From: Candidatus Nanosyncoccus sp.
Lineage (GTDB): Bacteria > Patescibacteriota > Saccharimonadia > Saccharimonadales > Saccharimonadaceae
Assembly (NCBI GenBank): GCA_045640685.1
Contig: JAZUFO010000003.1
Coordinates: forward strand, 79,947-143,946
DNA: 64,000 nucleotides
Direction of reading: 5' to 3'
The notes below the pieces were generated by a model that worked only from the letters and a program-made list of their open reading frames with translations, searched no databases and had not been told where the DNA came from. The position numbers and the translations under genes are program-made. Shown one piece after another: positions 9,181-19,096 of this stretch (positions are counted from its first letter, which is position 1; the number at the start of each line of letters is the position of its first letter).

Positions 9181-10023
9181 CTAAGAAAGTTTTGAAATCA
9201 ATTCTTTGAGTTCTTTTTCGCTTTTACACTTAAAAGTCAAACTACGACCCGAAATTTTTGCACTAACGCCGTATTTAGCAGAAAGACTATCTTCTTCTTT
9301 ATGATATAAATCTTTTTTAACCAAGCTCGATGAGCTTTTCTTTTTATTATCAGCAACATAACGTTCAACCTTACGAGCAGTCCATCCTTCATCAATAATT
9401 TTAGGTAAAATTTTATCAACAATAGCTGGATCGGCAGTAACAAGTGGACGCATAACACCTTCAGACAATTTTTCTTTTACGATTGTCTGCTTAATTTCAT
9501 CGGAAAAATTCAAAAGTCTCATCGTATTAAAGACCGAAGATTCGCTCTTACCAACACGGGTCGCAATTTCTTTTGCGGTTAGATTAAATTGCGCTTTCAA
9601 CTTTGCATATGCAGTTGCAAGTTCAATAGCGTTCAAATCTTCACGTTGTGCATTTTCGATAATTGAAAGTTCCAAACGGTTTTGCAAATCAAGGCTGCGA
9701 ATAATTACAGGAACTTTCTTTAATCCTGCTAATTTTGATGCACGCCAGCGACGTTCACCGGCAACGATCTTATATTTACCATCTTCTCGAGTAACAACAA
9801 TTGGCTGCAAAACACCATGTTCTTTAATCGAAGCAGAAAGAGCTTCAATAGCTTCTTTGTTAAATTCTTTACGAGGCTGTTCCTCATCACGGATTATTTC
9901 ATCTACAGAAACCTCTTTAAGTTCACTACCAGCTTTATCTTCATTAGCAGTCAAGTCGAACTCTTCGTCAAAAAGTTCGGTTGGAATTAAACTATCAAAT
10001 CCACGTCCTAAACCACTTTTCAT
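9181..10023 (-). CDS. parB: Chromosome partitioning protein ParB
   Basis: GERRWRASKLAGL box and an HTH region; 4-nt overlap with parA. Confidence 0.9.
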   Translation of the reverse strand: MKSGLGRGFDSLIPTELFDEEFDLTANEDKAGSELKEVSVDEIIRDEEQPRKEFNKEAIEALSASIKEHGVLQPIVVTREDGKYKIVAGERRWRASKLAGLKKVPVIIRSLDLQNRLELSIIENAQREDLNAIELATAYAKLKAQFNLTAKEIATRVGKSESSVFNTMRLLNFSDEIKQTIVKEKLSEGVMRPLVTADPAIVDKILPKIIDEGWTARKVERYVADNKKKSSSSLVKKDLYHKEEDSLSAKYGVSAKISGRSLTFKCKSEKELKELISKLS

Positions 10024-10787
10024 TTAGTTCTCTCCTCCAATTCTTTTGTAAAATCACGATAAGCTTTAGCGCCTTTTGAAAATCTATCATAATCCCCTAC
10101 TGGAACGCCATGACTTGGAGCTTCAGCAACACGAACGTTGCGAGGAATTGTAGTCTTAAACACGAGATTTTTGAAATACTTTTTAATTTCTTCATATACC
10201 TGAGCAGACAAAGAAGTACGCTTATCATACATCGTTGCAACAACGCCGAGAAGTTGCAATTTTGGATTTGCCTGTTTCATAACGAGTTTCATGCTTTCAA
10301 GAAGCTGAGCAACACCTTCAAGCGCATAAAATTCGGTTTGAACTGGAAGCAACAAATAATCTGACGCAATCATTCCATTCACAGTCAAAAGCGAAAGTGA
10401 AGGTGGTAAATCAATAATTACATAATCATAGTTGTCGGAAACTTTGCGAATTGCATCGCGAAGACGCACGAATTTTCGTTGCATATTCACCATCTCAACT
10501 TCAGCATTCGCAAGTTCAGGTGTAACAGGAGCCAAATCAAAGAATTTATATTTGGTTGGACGAATCGCGGATTCCATATCAGCATTGCCAAGCACAACAT
10601 CAGTCATGGTCGCACCAAGTTCTTCGTTTTTCTCAATTCCGAGTCCAGAAGTAGCATTTCCCTGAGGATCAAAATCTACCAACAAAGTTCTGAATTTATC
10701 CTTGGCAAGATAATACGCCAAATTAACAGCAGTCGTCGTCTTGCCAACACCACCTTTTTGATTTGTAACACATATTACCTTCACCAT
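10020..10787 (-). CDS. parA: Chromosome partitioning ATPase ParA/Soj
   Basis: MVKVICVTNQKGGVGKTTTAVNLA deviant Walker A. Start placed at ATG 10787; the 368-aa track ORF extends into rplU and was trimmed. Confidence 0.9.
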   Translation of the reverse strand: MVKVICVTNQKGGVGKTTTAVNLAYYLAKDKFRTLLVDFDPQGNATSGLGIEKNEELGATMTDVVLGNADMESAIRPTKYKFFDLAPVTPELANAEVEMVNMQRKFVRLRDAIRKVSDNYDYVIIDLPPSLSLLTVNGMIASDYLLLPVQTEFYALEGVAQLLESMKLVMKQANPKLQLLGVVATMYDKRTSLSAQVYEEIKKYFKNLVFKTTIPRNVRVAEAPSHGVPVGDYDRFSKGAKAYRDFTKELEERTK

Positions 10788-10796
10788 AATGCTTAT

Positions 10797-10805
10797 ATTA
10801 TAGCA
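10797..10805 (-). promoter_or_regulatory. Extended -10 promoter (TGCTATAAT) 9 nt upstream of the parA ATG
   Basis: rc of ATTATAGCA at 10797-10805. There is no room for an SD. Confidence 0.5.
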
Positions 10806-10838
10806 TAAAAAATAAGCCCCGTGAAAGGGCTTATTTTT
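10806..10838 (-). terminator. Intrinsic terminator after rplU
   Basis: AATAAGCCC / GGGCTTATT stem flanked by A and T runs. Confidence 0.7.
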
Positions 10839-10839
10839 A

Positions 10840-11148
10840 TTAAGCGATTTTTGTAATCTGAATTTCAGAATACTTTTGGCGGTGACCAGTTTCGGTATGA
10901 ACACGCTTCTTTGAGTGGTAGCGGATAACGCGAACTTTTTCACCTGCAACTTTTGGTTCAACAACTTTAGCTGTAACCTTAACATCCTTAACGGTTGGGG
11001 TGCCGACAGTAGTCGTATCGCCATCGATAAGAAGTAAAGCGTCAGTTGTGAGCTCTTTAGTGCCTTCAGGGAGGAGGTCCACCCTAAGGGTCTCTTTCTC
11101 TTCGACGATATATTGTTTACCGCCAACGAGGATAACTGCTTTCTTCAT
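10840..11148 (-). CDS. rplU: 50S ribosomal protein L21
   Basis: MKKAVILVGGKQYIVEEKE...RYHSKKRVHTETGHRQKYSEIQITKI is typical of L21. Confidence 0.9.
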   Translation of the reverse strand: MKKAVILVGGKQYIVEEKETLRVDLLPEGTKELTTDALLLIDGDTTTVGTPTVKDVKVTAKVVEPKVAGEKVRVIRYHSKKRVHTETGHRQKYSEIQITKIA

Positions 11149-11157
11149 ATTATTCCT

Positions 11158-12435
11158 TTAATTAACTTTACGTATTTTATCATACTTTTCCCGAATTGCC
11201 AAGTAGTAAGCTGTCGGAATACATCTATCTTCAAAGATAGCATCATGACCATGAATAGGATCGCCCAAAAAACTTCCCGCCCACGACAACGGTCGACGTT
11301 CGACTTCTTCAATTAACTCTTTAGCACTAAGAACATCGCCGCCATGCAAAATTTCATAGTATTTATTTTGCAATTTTGCATCCAAATCATCACCAGAAGT
11401 CTGCTTAGTCTTATCGCTCCATGACATAATTTTTTCAAATTTTTCCCTGTTATCGCTGTATAAATATTTTATACGATTTAAACAATATGTCTTAACGCCA
11501 TTATAAAAGTCGCCTTCACGCGCAATAGACACGTCCTCGAACCATTCAAGCAAAATTTGTCCCATATTAAGACCAGTCACCTCATTAAAACGATTCTGCC
11601 ACCCAGCAGAGTTATTTGTTTCGAGAACATAAAAACGTCCAGAGTTTTTACTGCGAATAATATCACAACCAGCATATTCCAAACCACCGACCGAAGCCAT
11701 TCGACAAGCAATTCGCGTTATTTCGCGCAAAACCTCAGGATCTTCTTCGCGAACTTTTTCCTTAACACCAGCAGACTTAGCGACAAAATCTCCAGGCCTT
11801 TCGTGATCAAGTTGCTTGCGCATCGCGCCAACCGCAACACCACCCACCACAAAGACGCGCCAATCATAATCAGCAACAATATATGGCATAGCCATAATCG
11901 CGTTCCAGGAGCCTTCTACGACATCCAAACGAGCCTCATTAGGAATTAATACAATTCCCTTGCCAGACGTACCATAACGCTCTTTTAAGACCAAAGGATA
12001 TGTCAAAAAACCATCACGGACAAGCCTTTTAACATCTTCTTTATTCTTAACATTATAAACAAGCGCTGTATTATTACGCAGCTCTGCATCCATACCAAAC
12101 AAACCATGTTGGTAATATTTATCAGAAGAATATGCTCTCCCACCTACCATATGAGTATTCATGGTTATAATATTATTTTTATCCAACCACGAAAAAATGC
12201 GCGCAGTTTCAACGGGCAAAAGTTCACCGTTCAAATCGCGCCAAATTACATAATCAGAAAAACAATCACGAAGATTACATTTATCAACCTTTTCGCGATC
12301 AATTGATTCGACATGCGAAAACCCCCACCCGGTTTTCGCTGTCTGCTCGCGCATGTCGTTTACCGTACGATAATTGACCTTGCGCCCCTCAACTAGTGTT
12401 AAGACTTTATTTTTCATCCTTCTCAGATTCATCAT
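11158..12435 (-). CDS. ATP-grasp (RimK-like) ligase with extra N- and C-terminal regions
   Basis: ATP-grasp core KERYGTSGKGIVLI ... DYDWRVFVVGG ... GCDIIRSKNSGRFYVLETNNSAG. The start is uncertain (12435/12432/12417). Confidence 0.65.
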   Translation of the reverse strand: MMNLRRMKNKVLTLVEGRKVNYRTVNDMREQTAKTGWGFSHVESIDREKVDKCNLRDCFSDYVIWRDLNGELLPVETARIFSWLDKNNIITMNTHMVGGRAYSSDKYYQHGLFGMDAELRNNTALVYNVKNKEDVKRLVRDGFLTYPLVLKERYGTSGKGIVLIPNEARLDVVEGSWNAIMAMPYIVADYDWRVFVVGGVAVGAMRKQLDHERPGDFVAKSAGVKEKVREEDPEVLREITRIACRMASVGGLEYAGCDIIRSKNSGRFYVLETNNSAGWQNRFNEVTGLNMGQILLEWFEDVSIAREGDFYNGVKTYCLNRIKYLYSDNREKFEKIMSWSDKTKQTSGDDLDAKLQNKYYEILHGGDVLSAKELIEEVERRPLSWAGSFLGDPIHGHDAIFEDRCIPTAYYLAIREKYDKIRKVN

Positions 12436-13261
12436 CTAGATCTTTTGGATCGATATTACCACCATTAATAGAATCTGTTGCTTTTTGCAAAGCCTTCTTT
12501 GAACGATAGAGATAGAAACTACCACCACAAATACCGAGAACAATAGCTATAGCCATTGCGATTTCTGCAGGGCCAGTATGTGGAAGTTCTGCTGGAACTT
12601 CAGGAACTTCAGGAACTTCTTCACCATCAGCTTTAATTGTATAAATAACATGGCCAGAATATTCAGCACAGCCATAGACTATACCATCAAGTTTACCAAC
12701 GCCAAGATATGTTCCTTCTTCAGTAAACAAGCTTGAAGGAAGAACGCTACCATTAATTGCCCAGCCGTTATAAATTTTTGCTGAACCAGAGACATATGAC
12801 AACTTAACATCTTTTGCTGCTGTCATGTAAGCCTCATCCCAAACCTTCTTTGGGTTAGTATTTGAAGCGGAAATAACTGCAGCAACAGTAACTCTGTCGC
12901 CACTTTTTACGGTTGCTGGAAATGTTGAGGCAAGACGTACTTGTTGAGCAATACCAACACCGGTATCATTAGTATTTGTTGCAGCATCATTATGATAGCC
13001 GATATAAACTTCATATTCTTTACCAGGTTCAATTGTAATCTCATCACCAAAGACACCGCTAGCACCTTTTTCAGCGATTCTAACGAAATTACGTTCATCG
13101 CCAAGTTCTGGGTTATCAGTAATAGAGTTAAACGTTGCAGCCGATGCCGGTTTCTCCATAGTATAGGTAGGACGTTCTGGACCCCACGCCATTACGCTAG
13201 TAACTGGCGAGATGGCAACCATCGCAATTGCTGCAATATATTTTTTCTTTAATCCCTTCAT
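12407..13261 (-). CDS. Secreted cell-wall-anchored (LPxTG) surface protein with an unusually long acidic tail
   Basis: N-terminal signal peptide. LPHTG, then TM AEIAMAIAIVLGICGGSFYLY, then RSKK, then an extra 26-aa acidic tail ending DDESEKDEK. Confidence 0.75.
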   Translation of the reverse strand: MKGLKKKYIAAIAMVAISPVTSVMAWGPERPTYTMEKPASAATFNSITDNPELGDERNFVRIAEKGASGVFGDEITIEPGKEYEVYIGYHNDAATNTNDTGVGIAQQVRLASTFPATVKSGDRVTVAAVISASNTNPKKVWDEAYMTAAKDVKLSYVSGSAKIYNGWAINGSVLPSSLFTEEGTYLGVGKLDGIVYGCAEYSGHVIYTIKADGEEVPEVPEVPAELPHTGPAEIAMAIAIVLGICGGSFYLYRSKKALQKATDSINGGNIDPKDLDDESEKDEK

Positions 13262-13277
13262 TTTTGCTCCTTTCTTT

Positions 13278-14825
13278 TTATTTATTATTGTTTAAAAAGC
13301 TACGCCAATCGTCTGCCGCTTCTTCATCAGATTTATCAGGAGTTTTCCCCTGCTCTTTTTCTTTTTCGTCAGCATTCTTTTGATCATCGCTATTACCAGA
13401 TGAAGGTGGAGTTTCGCCAAATGTTGGAGCATCCGTCTGTTCACCAGGACCAGATTTTTCGAGTTTATTGTCACTTTCGTCACCAACTCCCATGTTGTCA
13501 TGAATCGCGTTAGGATCTTTAGCGACATTTCCTTCCGCGCCTTCAGATCCGCCACCCTCAGAGCCTTCAGAGGTTTCAGATCCACCCCCCTCGACTCCTT
13601 CACTAACTTCAGAGCCATTCCCCTCTTGGCCAGTTTTAGTGAGTTTTGTTGTTTTTTCGGTTACTTTATTACTTTTGACAGCTGTACTAGTTTTCACCTG
13701 CTTCTCAACAACAACTTGAGCCGCGCCACAACGTCCAAACAAAACAGTTTGTCCATTCTCGAATGTAACCTTTACGCCATCAAATACATCGTAGTAATGA
13801 TCAACCATTTTTTCACGAACATCATCAAATGTTGCTTCTTTGCCTTTGGTTTGAAGAACGGACGTTGAAGCATCAAAGTCTTCATAATGAACGTGTTCGA
13901 ATTCTTCAACCCCCTCGTCATTAATAGCTTCCTTGAGTCTAGATTGAAGCTCCTTTGCATCGCCTTTAGCAGCTGAACGCAAAGCTGCATCTAGTTGACC
14001 GCCAACATCTTTCTTAAAATCAATCGAAATATCATTTCCGCGATTATCATCTTTTGAGTTGTAGTCATTAATAACTGATGCAATCTCATCGTCGGACAAA
14101 ACTTCACTCGCAACGCGACCCAAAATTGAAGGGTTATTATTTACCTGAAACTCGAACATGTTGCCCCATTCGGTTTGAGTACAGTTTGAATCGACCGAAT
14201 AGCCATAATCATAATAGTTGTTACCTTTATCATCATGCCATTCATAAGTCGATAATGAATATCCATCTTCATCATTATCAATAAAGCCCGCAGCTTCATA
14301 ATCATATTTGGTACCATTGCTAGATTCTCCAGCCCATCTACCACTAGTCCAAATTCTTTCTGCATTATCAGGCCGCGTAACGGTTTCTACATTATTTTCC
14401 GCACTAGTAGAGGTTGTCGACGATGCAATACCATAGCCAACCAGCTCTTCTTCAATATCAGCATCAACATCAACATCAGTTTCAGCTTCCATCTTTGCCA
14501 TTTCACGCTGCGCGGCTTTCTTCCCAGTTTGATAGCCAACAGCAACAGAAGTAGCAACCGTAAAAGCCGCAACAACAGCAATACCCGTAAACATCTTTTT
14601 ACAAATAGTTTTCTTAGCCGATTCGATTGCTGAAGCAATTGATTCCATTGTTTCAACAGCGGTCAAAACTTTTTCACCAGCCTTAGCATACGCCTCGCGT
14701 TTCGCCTCAACTTCAGCGGTATCGGCATCTACCTCAGCGGTATCGGCATCTACTTCGGCGGCCTCTGGTGTTATTACCTCTTCCTCATCATCAGGAAATA
14801 CAAAATAACTTTCCGGTCCTTTCAT
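13278..14825 (-). CDS. Acidic repeat-containing single-pass membrane/surface protein (515 aa), paralogue of the 1290-aa protein
   Basis: AEVDADT repeats, TM FTGIAVVAAFTVATSVAVGY, G/S/E-rich stretch. C-terminal motif DPNAIHDNMGVGDES is shared with ORF 15221-19093. Confidence 0.7.
   Translation of the reverse strand: MKGPESYFVFPDDEEEVITPEAAEVDADTAEVDADTAEVEAKREAYAKAGEKVLTAVETMESIASAIESAKKTICKKMFTGIAVVAAFTVATSVAVGYQTGKKAAQREMAKMEAETDVDVDADIEEELVGYGIASSTTSTSAENNVETVTRPDNAERIWTSGRWAGESSNGTKYDYEAAGFIDNDEDGYSLSTYEWHDDKGNNYYDYGYSVDSNCTQTEWGNMFEFQVNNNPSILGRVASEVLSDDEIASVINDYNSKDDNRGNDISIDFKKDVGGQLDAALRSAAKGDAKELQSRLKEAINDEGVEEFEHVHYEDFDASTSVLQTKGKEATFDDVREKMVDHYYDVFDGVKVTFENGQTVLFGRCGAAQVVVEKQVKTSTAVKSNKVTEKTTKLTKTGQEGNGSEVSEGVEGGGSETSEGSEGGGSEGAEGNVAKDPNAIHDNMGVGDESDNKLEKSGPGEQTDAPTFGETPPSSGNSDDQKNADEKEKEQGKTPDKSDEEAADDWRSFLNNNK
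14710..14765. repeat. 21-bp in-frame tandem repeat (about 2.5 copies)
   Basis: ACYTCAGCGGTATCGGCATCT is repeated; it encodes AEVDADT. Confidence 0.8.
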
Positions 14826-14826
14826 T

Positions 14827-15150
14827 CTATGCCTCGAGCCTTTCTATGATTTGATTTTTTAGATCCATCATCTCATCTTTCATAATTTCTTCTAGGTTCA
14901 ATCCAGTTTTTGCGAAAAAGCCTCTATAATCCTCTTCCGAAGAATCGTTCTTTGTCATCTCCAAAAACTCATTTCTTTGATCTTCGGTTAAGCGACCAAA
15001 AATCGCAATACCGATATTTTTATCCAAAACCTCCATCGCCCAATCCCTAAGCCCGTATCTTTCCGAACCATATTTCATGAACTCATCGAGGTTTAATATT
15101 TGATCCACAAATCCACCCAGTAGTGAATCTTCAATGAGATAATTTTTCAT
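14827..15150 (-). CDS. Small acidic helical protein (107 aa), paralogue of the C-terminal half of ORF 19097-19804
   Basis: By-eye alignment: FGRLTEDQRNEFLEM..FAKTGLNLEEI..MDLK versus FNALPEKQKAKIDEI..IAESGIDADAI..EDFR. Stop is 1 bp before the 515-aa gene start. Confidence 0.6.
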   Translation of the reverse strand: MKNYLIEDSLLGGFVDQILNLDEFMKYGSERYGLRDWAMEVLDKNIGIAIFGRLTEDQRNEFLEMTKNDSSEEDYRGFFAKTGLNLEEIMKDEMMDLKNQIIERLEA

Positions 15151-15182
15151 AGAGTATTTTTTATATGAACCTTTCTATTTTT

Positions 15183-15210
15183 AGATTAGCATAACCATTG
15201 ATTATGTCAA
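15183..15210 (-). promoter_or_regulatory. Internal promoter for the second cassette (TTGACA-N13-TGC-TAATCT)
   Basis: rc of TGTCAA at 15205-15210 and of AGATTAGCA at 15183-15191. Confidence 0.5.
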
Positions 15211-15220
15211 CAAATCTTAT

Positions 15221-18200
15221 CTATGAGTTAGCAGTGAACTCTCTATAGCCATCAATCGCTTCAGAATTCGTCAAGTCCGGAGTTGTTCCAGCTGCCTGTT
15301 CGGCTGCATCAGCAGCTGCTTGTTCAGGAGCTGCATCTTCGGGAACTATATTATTATTCTCCGCAAATACAGGAGCTTCAGTGATCGGAGTCTCATCGAC
15401 GCCGCGCTGATCCAAGTCGTTAGTGCTTTCATCACCAACGCCCATATTCTCATGGATTGCTTCAGGATTCTTTGGAGTATTTCCCTCTACTGGTTCAGAA
15501 CCACCACCTTCATCACCAGCGGTAGCTTCGATGCCCGTTCCTTCATTGCCAGTTCCTTCATCGCCGGTTCCTTCATTGCCAGTTCCTTCATCACCGGTTC
15601 CTTCATCACCAGTTCCAACATTCTCCGATTCATCAGAAGTTACTGGTTTCGGAGCACGATGTTTTACGATACGCTTAATACATTTTTGTTCACAAAGAGG
15701 CATATCGCCAACTTTTCCGCCTTCAGCGCCATACTTACGACACCACCAACCTTCATTACCAACATATTCAATATCGCCATTTTCATCATAATGATATGGA
15801 TATAATGCTACGCGAGTTGTCGATGCGCGTGTGGTATCAAAGTCGTTATTGCTGTTTGCGTAAGTTGAAACACGATTTGTAATCGTCTCAACACGGAAAC
15901 CACCACCATCAAGATCATGTTCCATCTTGTCGATTGTCGCATTAACAACATTATCCCAATACTTGCCATTTTCTGGCAATTTTATTTGTTCGAGGAAAAT
16001 GTTCAAATCTTCCTCAGAATTAATTACGCCATCTTCAATTCCCCACCGTCTGAGCAAGTCCTCATCAATGCCGATCCCTCTAAGAGTGTCTGGCTCCAAA
16101 ATTCCATAGTTTGAAGCATTTTGACCAAGCATGTATGGGTTTGTTCCAGTACGAACAATCATTTGTTTGAAATAACTTAATTGTTCCGACGCATCCATTA
16201 TGCCATCACCATTTGCATCCCACTCCATTGGCGTACCAAGATAGTTTTTACCTTCAAAGAATGGCTTATTTAAGAATGCATCGTATCTTTCATCATAACC
16301 ACCACTAAACTCATAATCATTAAAGGTCAATGTTTCAGAAGATCCATCTGTCAAATTTGATCCTACCAATGAGAAACTTCGAGTATTATCAACCTCAAAC
16401 ATTGCTGGCAAACGATCATCACCATCGACTTCAACGCCATTAAAGATTTCACTCATATTGATGTTTTCGTTTGAACTATTCAAAGCAAATTGAGAAATAG
16501 TTTCAGATCCACCAACATTATTTGGCATTGTTGCGGTAAATGCATAAGCCTCATTTGAGATACTAGCAGAAAGAGTACTGTCCATAGTAGCCTTTTTACC
16601 GATTGCCGTAGCGTAAGAAATCATTCTATCGCCCTCAACTCTACCAACACGTGCCGTGCCAATAAAGTTAGCTACGCCACCATTACCAACCTTTGACGTA
16701 TCAAGAATATCTGCTGGAAGAACAACTTTACCATCTTGAATTTCGAATTCCAAAGCTTCCCCAGGACCATTTCCATCAAGATCAACAAAGAATTTTGCGC
16801 CTTCCGGAATCTCGCCACCGTTTATGCCAGAGACGGAAACCTCATATTGATCCATGCCATCCGCCGAAATAGCGACTGGTTTTCCGAAGACAGCCCTAAG
16901 TTCGCTCTTACCCCAGTCAACATTACCAGTCTCAACAGCATTATCTTGTTTTTCAAGATAGTCCGCAATACTCATTTCACCATAATGTGATGACGTGACA
17001 ACTTCGCGATTCAATTCGATGTTATACTCATTTTTTAGATTCTCAGCAACTGTTTTGAAAGTTTCTTCATCAGTAAGATCAATATCACTACCATTCAGTC
17101 CTTCAAGGTCAAGTGGAGTATCAATTTTTTCGTCACCAACCGTATCAAAGCCAATAATAGTTTTTCCATCTTTGTATTCAGTGATTAGGCGCGCACCACT
17201 TGGCACTTCTTTAGGTTCAATAGTTTCACCCACGGTAGTTTCTGTCGCAACGTCCGCAACCTTCTCAGTCGCATCCTCAATTGCTGTATCTACCTCTACC
17301 GGAACAAGATTCAATCCGTTCCATTTCAGGCTTCCATCTTTCAGACCATTTATTTCTTCCATCAATTGTTTATGACCAAAAACATACGAAGCAACACTAG
17401 ATACCACAAATGCAGTCGCACCGGCTTTAGCGGCACTCTTCATGACTTCCATTCTTTGTTCTTTTCGAACTGCCTTAAATTCTTTAGCAATCTCCTTAGT
17501 GCGCTCTTCAATCTTCTCATAAAGATGATTTGGTTCATCATCAAAATCCATTACGCTTGTGCTACGTTTTGCGTACTCTTTTTCCTCATACTCACTCATC
17601 AATTTGCGAAGACGGCTTATTTCTTTAAACATCCCGAGTTTTTCTTCTTCGATGTTTGAACGACTATTTTCTTCAAGCTTCCCCTCTTTAGAACGTTTAC
17701 CGTAACCTAACAGTTGTATTTGTTGTTCATTCTGGAATTTATTCCTCGCCATCAAGTCAGCAACCAAATCAATTACGGCTTCGTAATTTTTTTCATCAAC
17801 CGCCGAAATTTTAGCCATCTCTTCAGTCTTTTTTACGACCGACACAACGCCAAATCTAGCCTTCGCCCGTTCAACATCCTCACCACTCAATGCGTCATTA
17901 ATATTCTTCTTTCTTTGATTCCTTCTCTCTTTTATTGCACCAGCTGCAGTACCAACCGCAGTGCTAAGGATAATTTTTGCACCCTTCGAAACAATTGTGG
18001 AATTTGAAATACTTTTTGCAAAAGCACTCTTAGAAAGACCCATAACACTTGAGCCAAGAGCCGTGACGGCAACACCAAGAACAAGATTATTTTCAAGCGC
18101 AAGCTTTTGTCCAAAATTATTATAGACTTCCTTGGCGGCAAGACCAATTTTAGCTTTAGTTTCATTAAACTCAATTTTTTCTATATAGGCATCAATCGCC

Positions 18201-19093
18201 TCGAGTGCTTTATTATGATCTTCTATAGCTTTTGCATCTTTACTATTATTGGCAAAATTCTCAAATTCTTTAGTAAACAATCCAGAAAATTTTTCTTGGA
18301 TATCTTTCATGATCTCGTCGTAATTATCCTTAACAATACCGCCCTTAGCGTCTCTACCTTTTTCACCCTCCCTCATCTTTGTCACCATCGCTTCTCTATC
18401 GGTATCAGGATCATCCAAAGGTGATTTTGTCGAGCCTTTCTCGCGACTAGCAATATCTATTATGTAATCCCTTAGGTCTTTCTTAACCTCTTTATCATGT
18501 TTTAATGTTTCGTCAGAAGTCTCAACATATTCAACATCCATATCGCCACTAAGGTTTTCGACAGCTAACTTTGCGCGCTCAAGAGCAGCATCCCCAATAT
18601 GGTCTTTCTTACCATTCTTGTATTTATTTTCGACAGTAGCTAAAATTTCGCGGTCACTTTGTGTTACCCCTCTTCTATCTCTTGCTTCACGTAAATCAGA
18701 AATAGCAACCTCGCCAGCATTCACACTATTATTTTCTTGGATCGCTTTAATAGCTAGATTTTTATATCTATTTGCAGTTTTAAGAACAAAGACGTCATCT
18801 TTAACATGTGTAAATAAATTTACAACCCCCCTAGTTACCTTGCCATTAAAAATCTTATTACTTTCAATTTTTTTCTGTCTATCTTCCTTAACTTTTTCAA
18901 GATCTTTTCCGGCATATTCAAGCGCAATACCAATAGCATTTTGTTTAATATCATCAGCGCTTAAGTTCGTAGCAACCGCCAAAACCTTCTCACCACGTTC
19001 GAGATTTTTAATACGATCATCTAGGCTCATCGCTTCAGGAGTCACCGGCGATGCTGGCGGAGTCGAAGGACTTTTAGGTCTAGTACCCATCAT
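15221..19093 (-). CDS. Giant (1290 aa) acidic multi-TM/surface protein
   Basis: About 330-aa charged N-terminal region and hydrophobic segments around aa 340-390 and 565-585. Large extracellular-looking region, GTG(D/N)E x6 repeats. C-terminal NPEAIHENMGVGDES motif and ...DGYREFTANS end. Confidence 0.75.
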   Translation of the reverse strand: MMGTRPKSPSTPPASPVTPEAMSLDDRIKNLERGEKVLAVATNLSADDIKQNAIGIALEYAGKDLEKVKEDRQKKIESNKIFNGKVTRGVVNLFTHVKDDVFVLKTANRYKNLAIKAIQENNSVNAGEVAISDLREARDRRGVTQSDREILATVENKYKNGKKDHIGDAALERAKLAVENLSGDMDVEYVETSDETLKHDKEVKKDLRDYIIDIASREKGSTKSPLDDPDTDREAMVTKMREGEKGRDAKGGIVKDNYDEIMKDIQEKFSGLFTKEFENFANNSKDAKAIEDHNKALEAIDAYIEKIEFNETKAKIGLAAKEVYNNFGQKLALENNLVLGVAVTALGSSVMGLSKSAFAKSISNSTIVSKGAKIILSTAVGTAAGAIKERRNQRKKNINDALSGEDVERAKARFGVVSVVKKTEEMAKISAVDEKNYEAVIDLVADLMARNKFQNEQQIQLLGYGKRSKEGKLEENSRSNIEEEKLGMFKEISRLRKLMSEYEEKEYAKRSTSVMDFDDEPNHLYEKIEERTKEIAKEFKAVRKEQRMEVMKSAAKAGATAFVVSSVASYVFGHKQLMEEINGLKDGSLKWNGLNLVPVEVDTAIEDATEKVADVATETTVGETIEPKEVPSGARLITEYKDGKTIIGFDTVGDEKIDTPLDLEGLNGSDIDLTDEETFKTVAENLKNEYNIELNREVVTSSHYGEMSIADYLEKQDNAVETGNVDWGKSELRAVFGKPVAISADGMDQYEVSVSGINGGEIPEGAKFFVDLDGNGPGEALEFEIQDGKVVLPADILDTSKVGNGGVANFIGTARVGRVEGDRMISYATAIGKKATMDSTLSASISNEAYAFTATMPNNVGGSETISQFALNSSNENINMSEIFNGVEVDGDDRLPAMFEVDNTRSFSLVGSNLTDGSSETLTFNDYEFSGGYDERYDAFLNKPFFEGKNYLGTPMEWDANGDGIMDASEQLSYFKQMIVRTGTNPYMLGQNASNYGILEPDTLRGIGIDEDLLRRWGIEDGVINSEEDLNIFLEQIKLPENGKYWDNVVNATIDKMEHDLDGGGFRVETITNRVSTYANSNNDFDTTRASTTRVALYPYHYDENGDIEYVGNEGWWCRKYGAEGGKVGDMPLCEQKCIKRIVKHRAPKPVTSDESENVGTGDEGTGDEGTGNEGTGDEGTGNEGTGIEATAGDEGGGSEPVEGNTPKNPEAIHENMGVGDESTNDLDQRGVDETPITEAPVFAENNNIVPEDAAPEQAAADAAEQAAGTTPDLTNSEAIDGYREFTANS
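15527..15616. repeat. 15-bp in-frame tandem repeat, 6 copies
   Basis: TTCATYRCCRGTTCC units encoding GTG(D/N/I)E. Confidence 0.85.
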
Positions 19094-19096
19094 TTT

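Noticed and set aside
10788-11126. N-terminal 113-aa extension of the parA ORF (368-aa track ORF)
   Set aside because: The extension overlaps rplU and its terminator in another frame and has no ParA similarity. The ParA homology starts exactly at MVKVICVTNQKGGVGKT (ATG 10787), which has its own -10 element.
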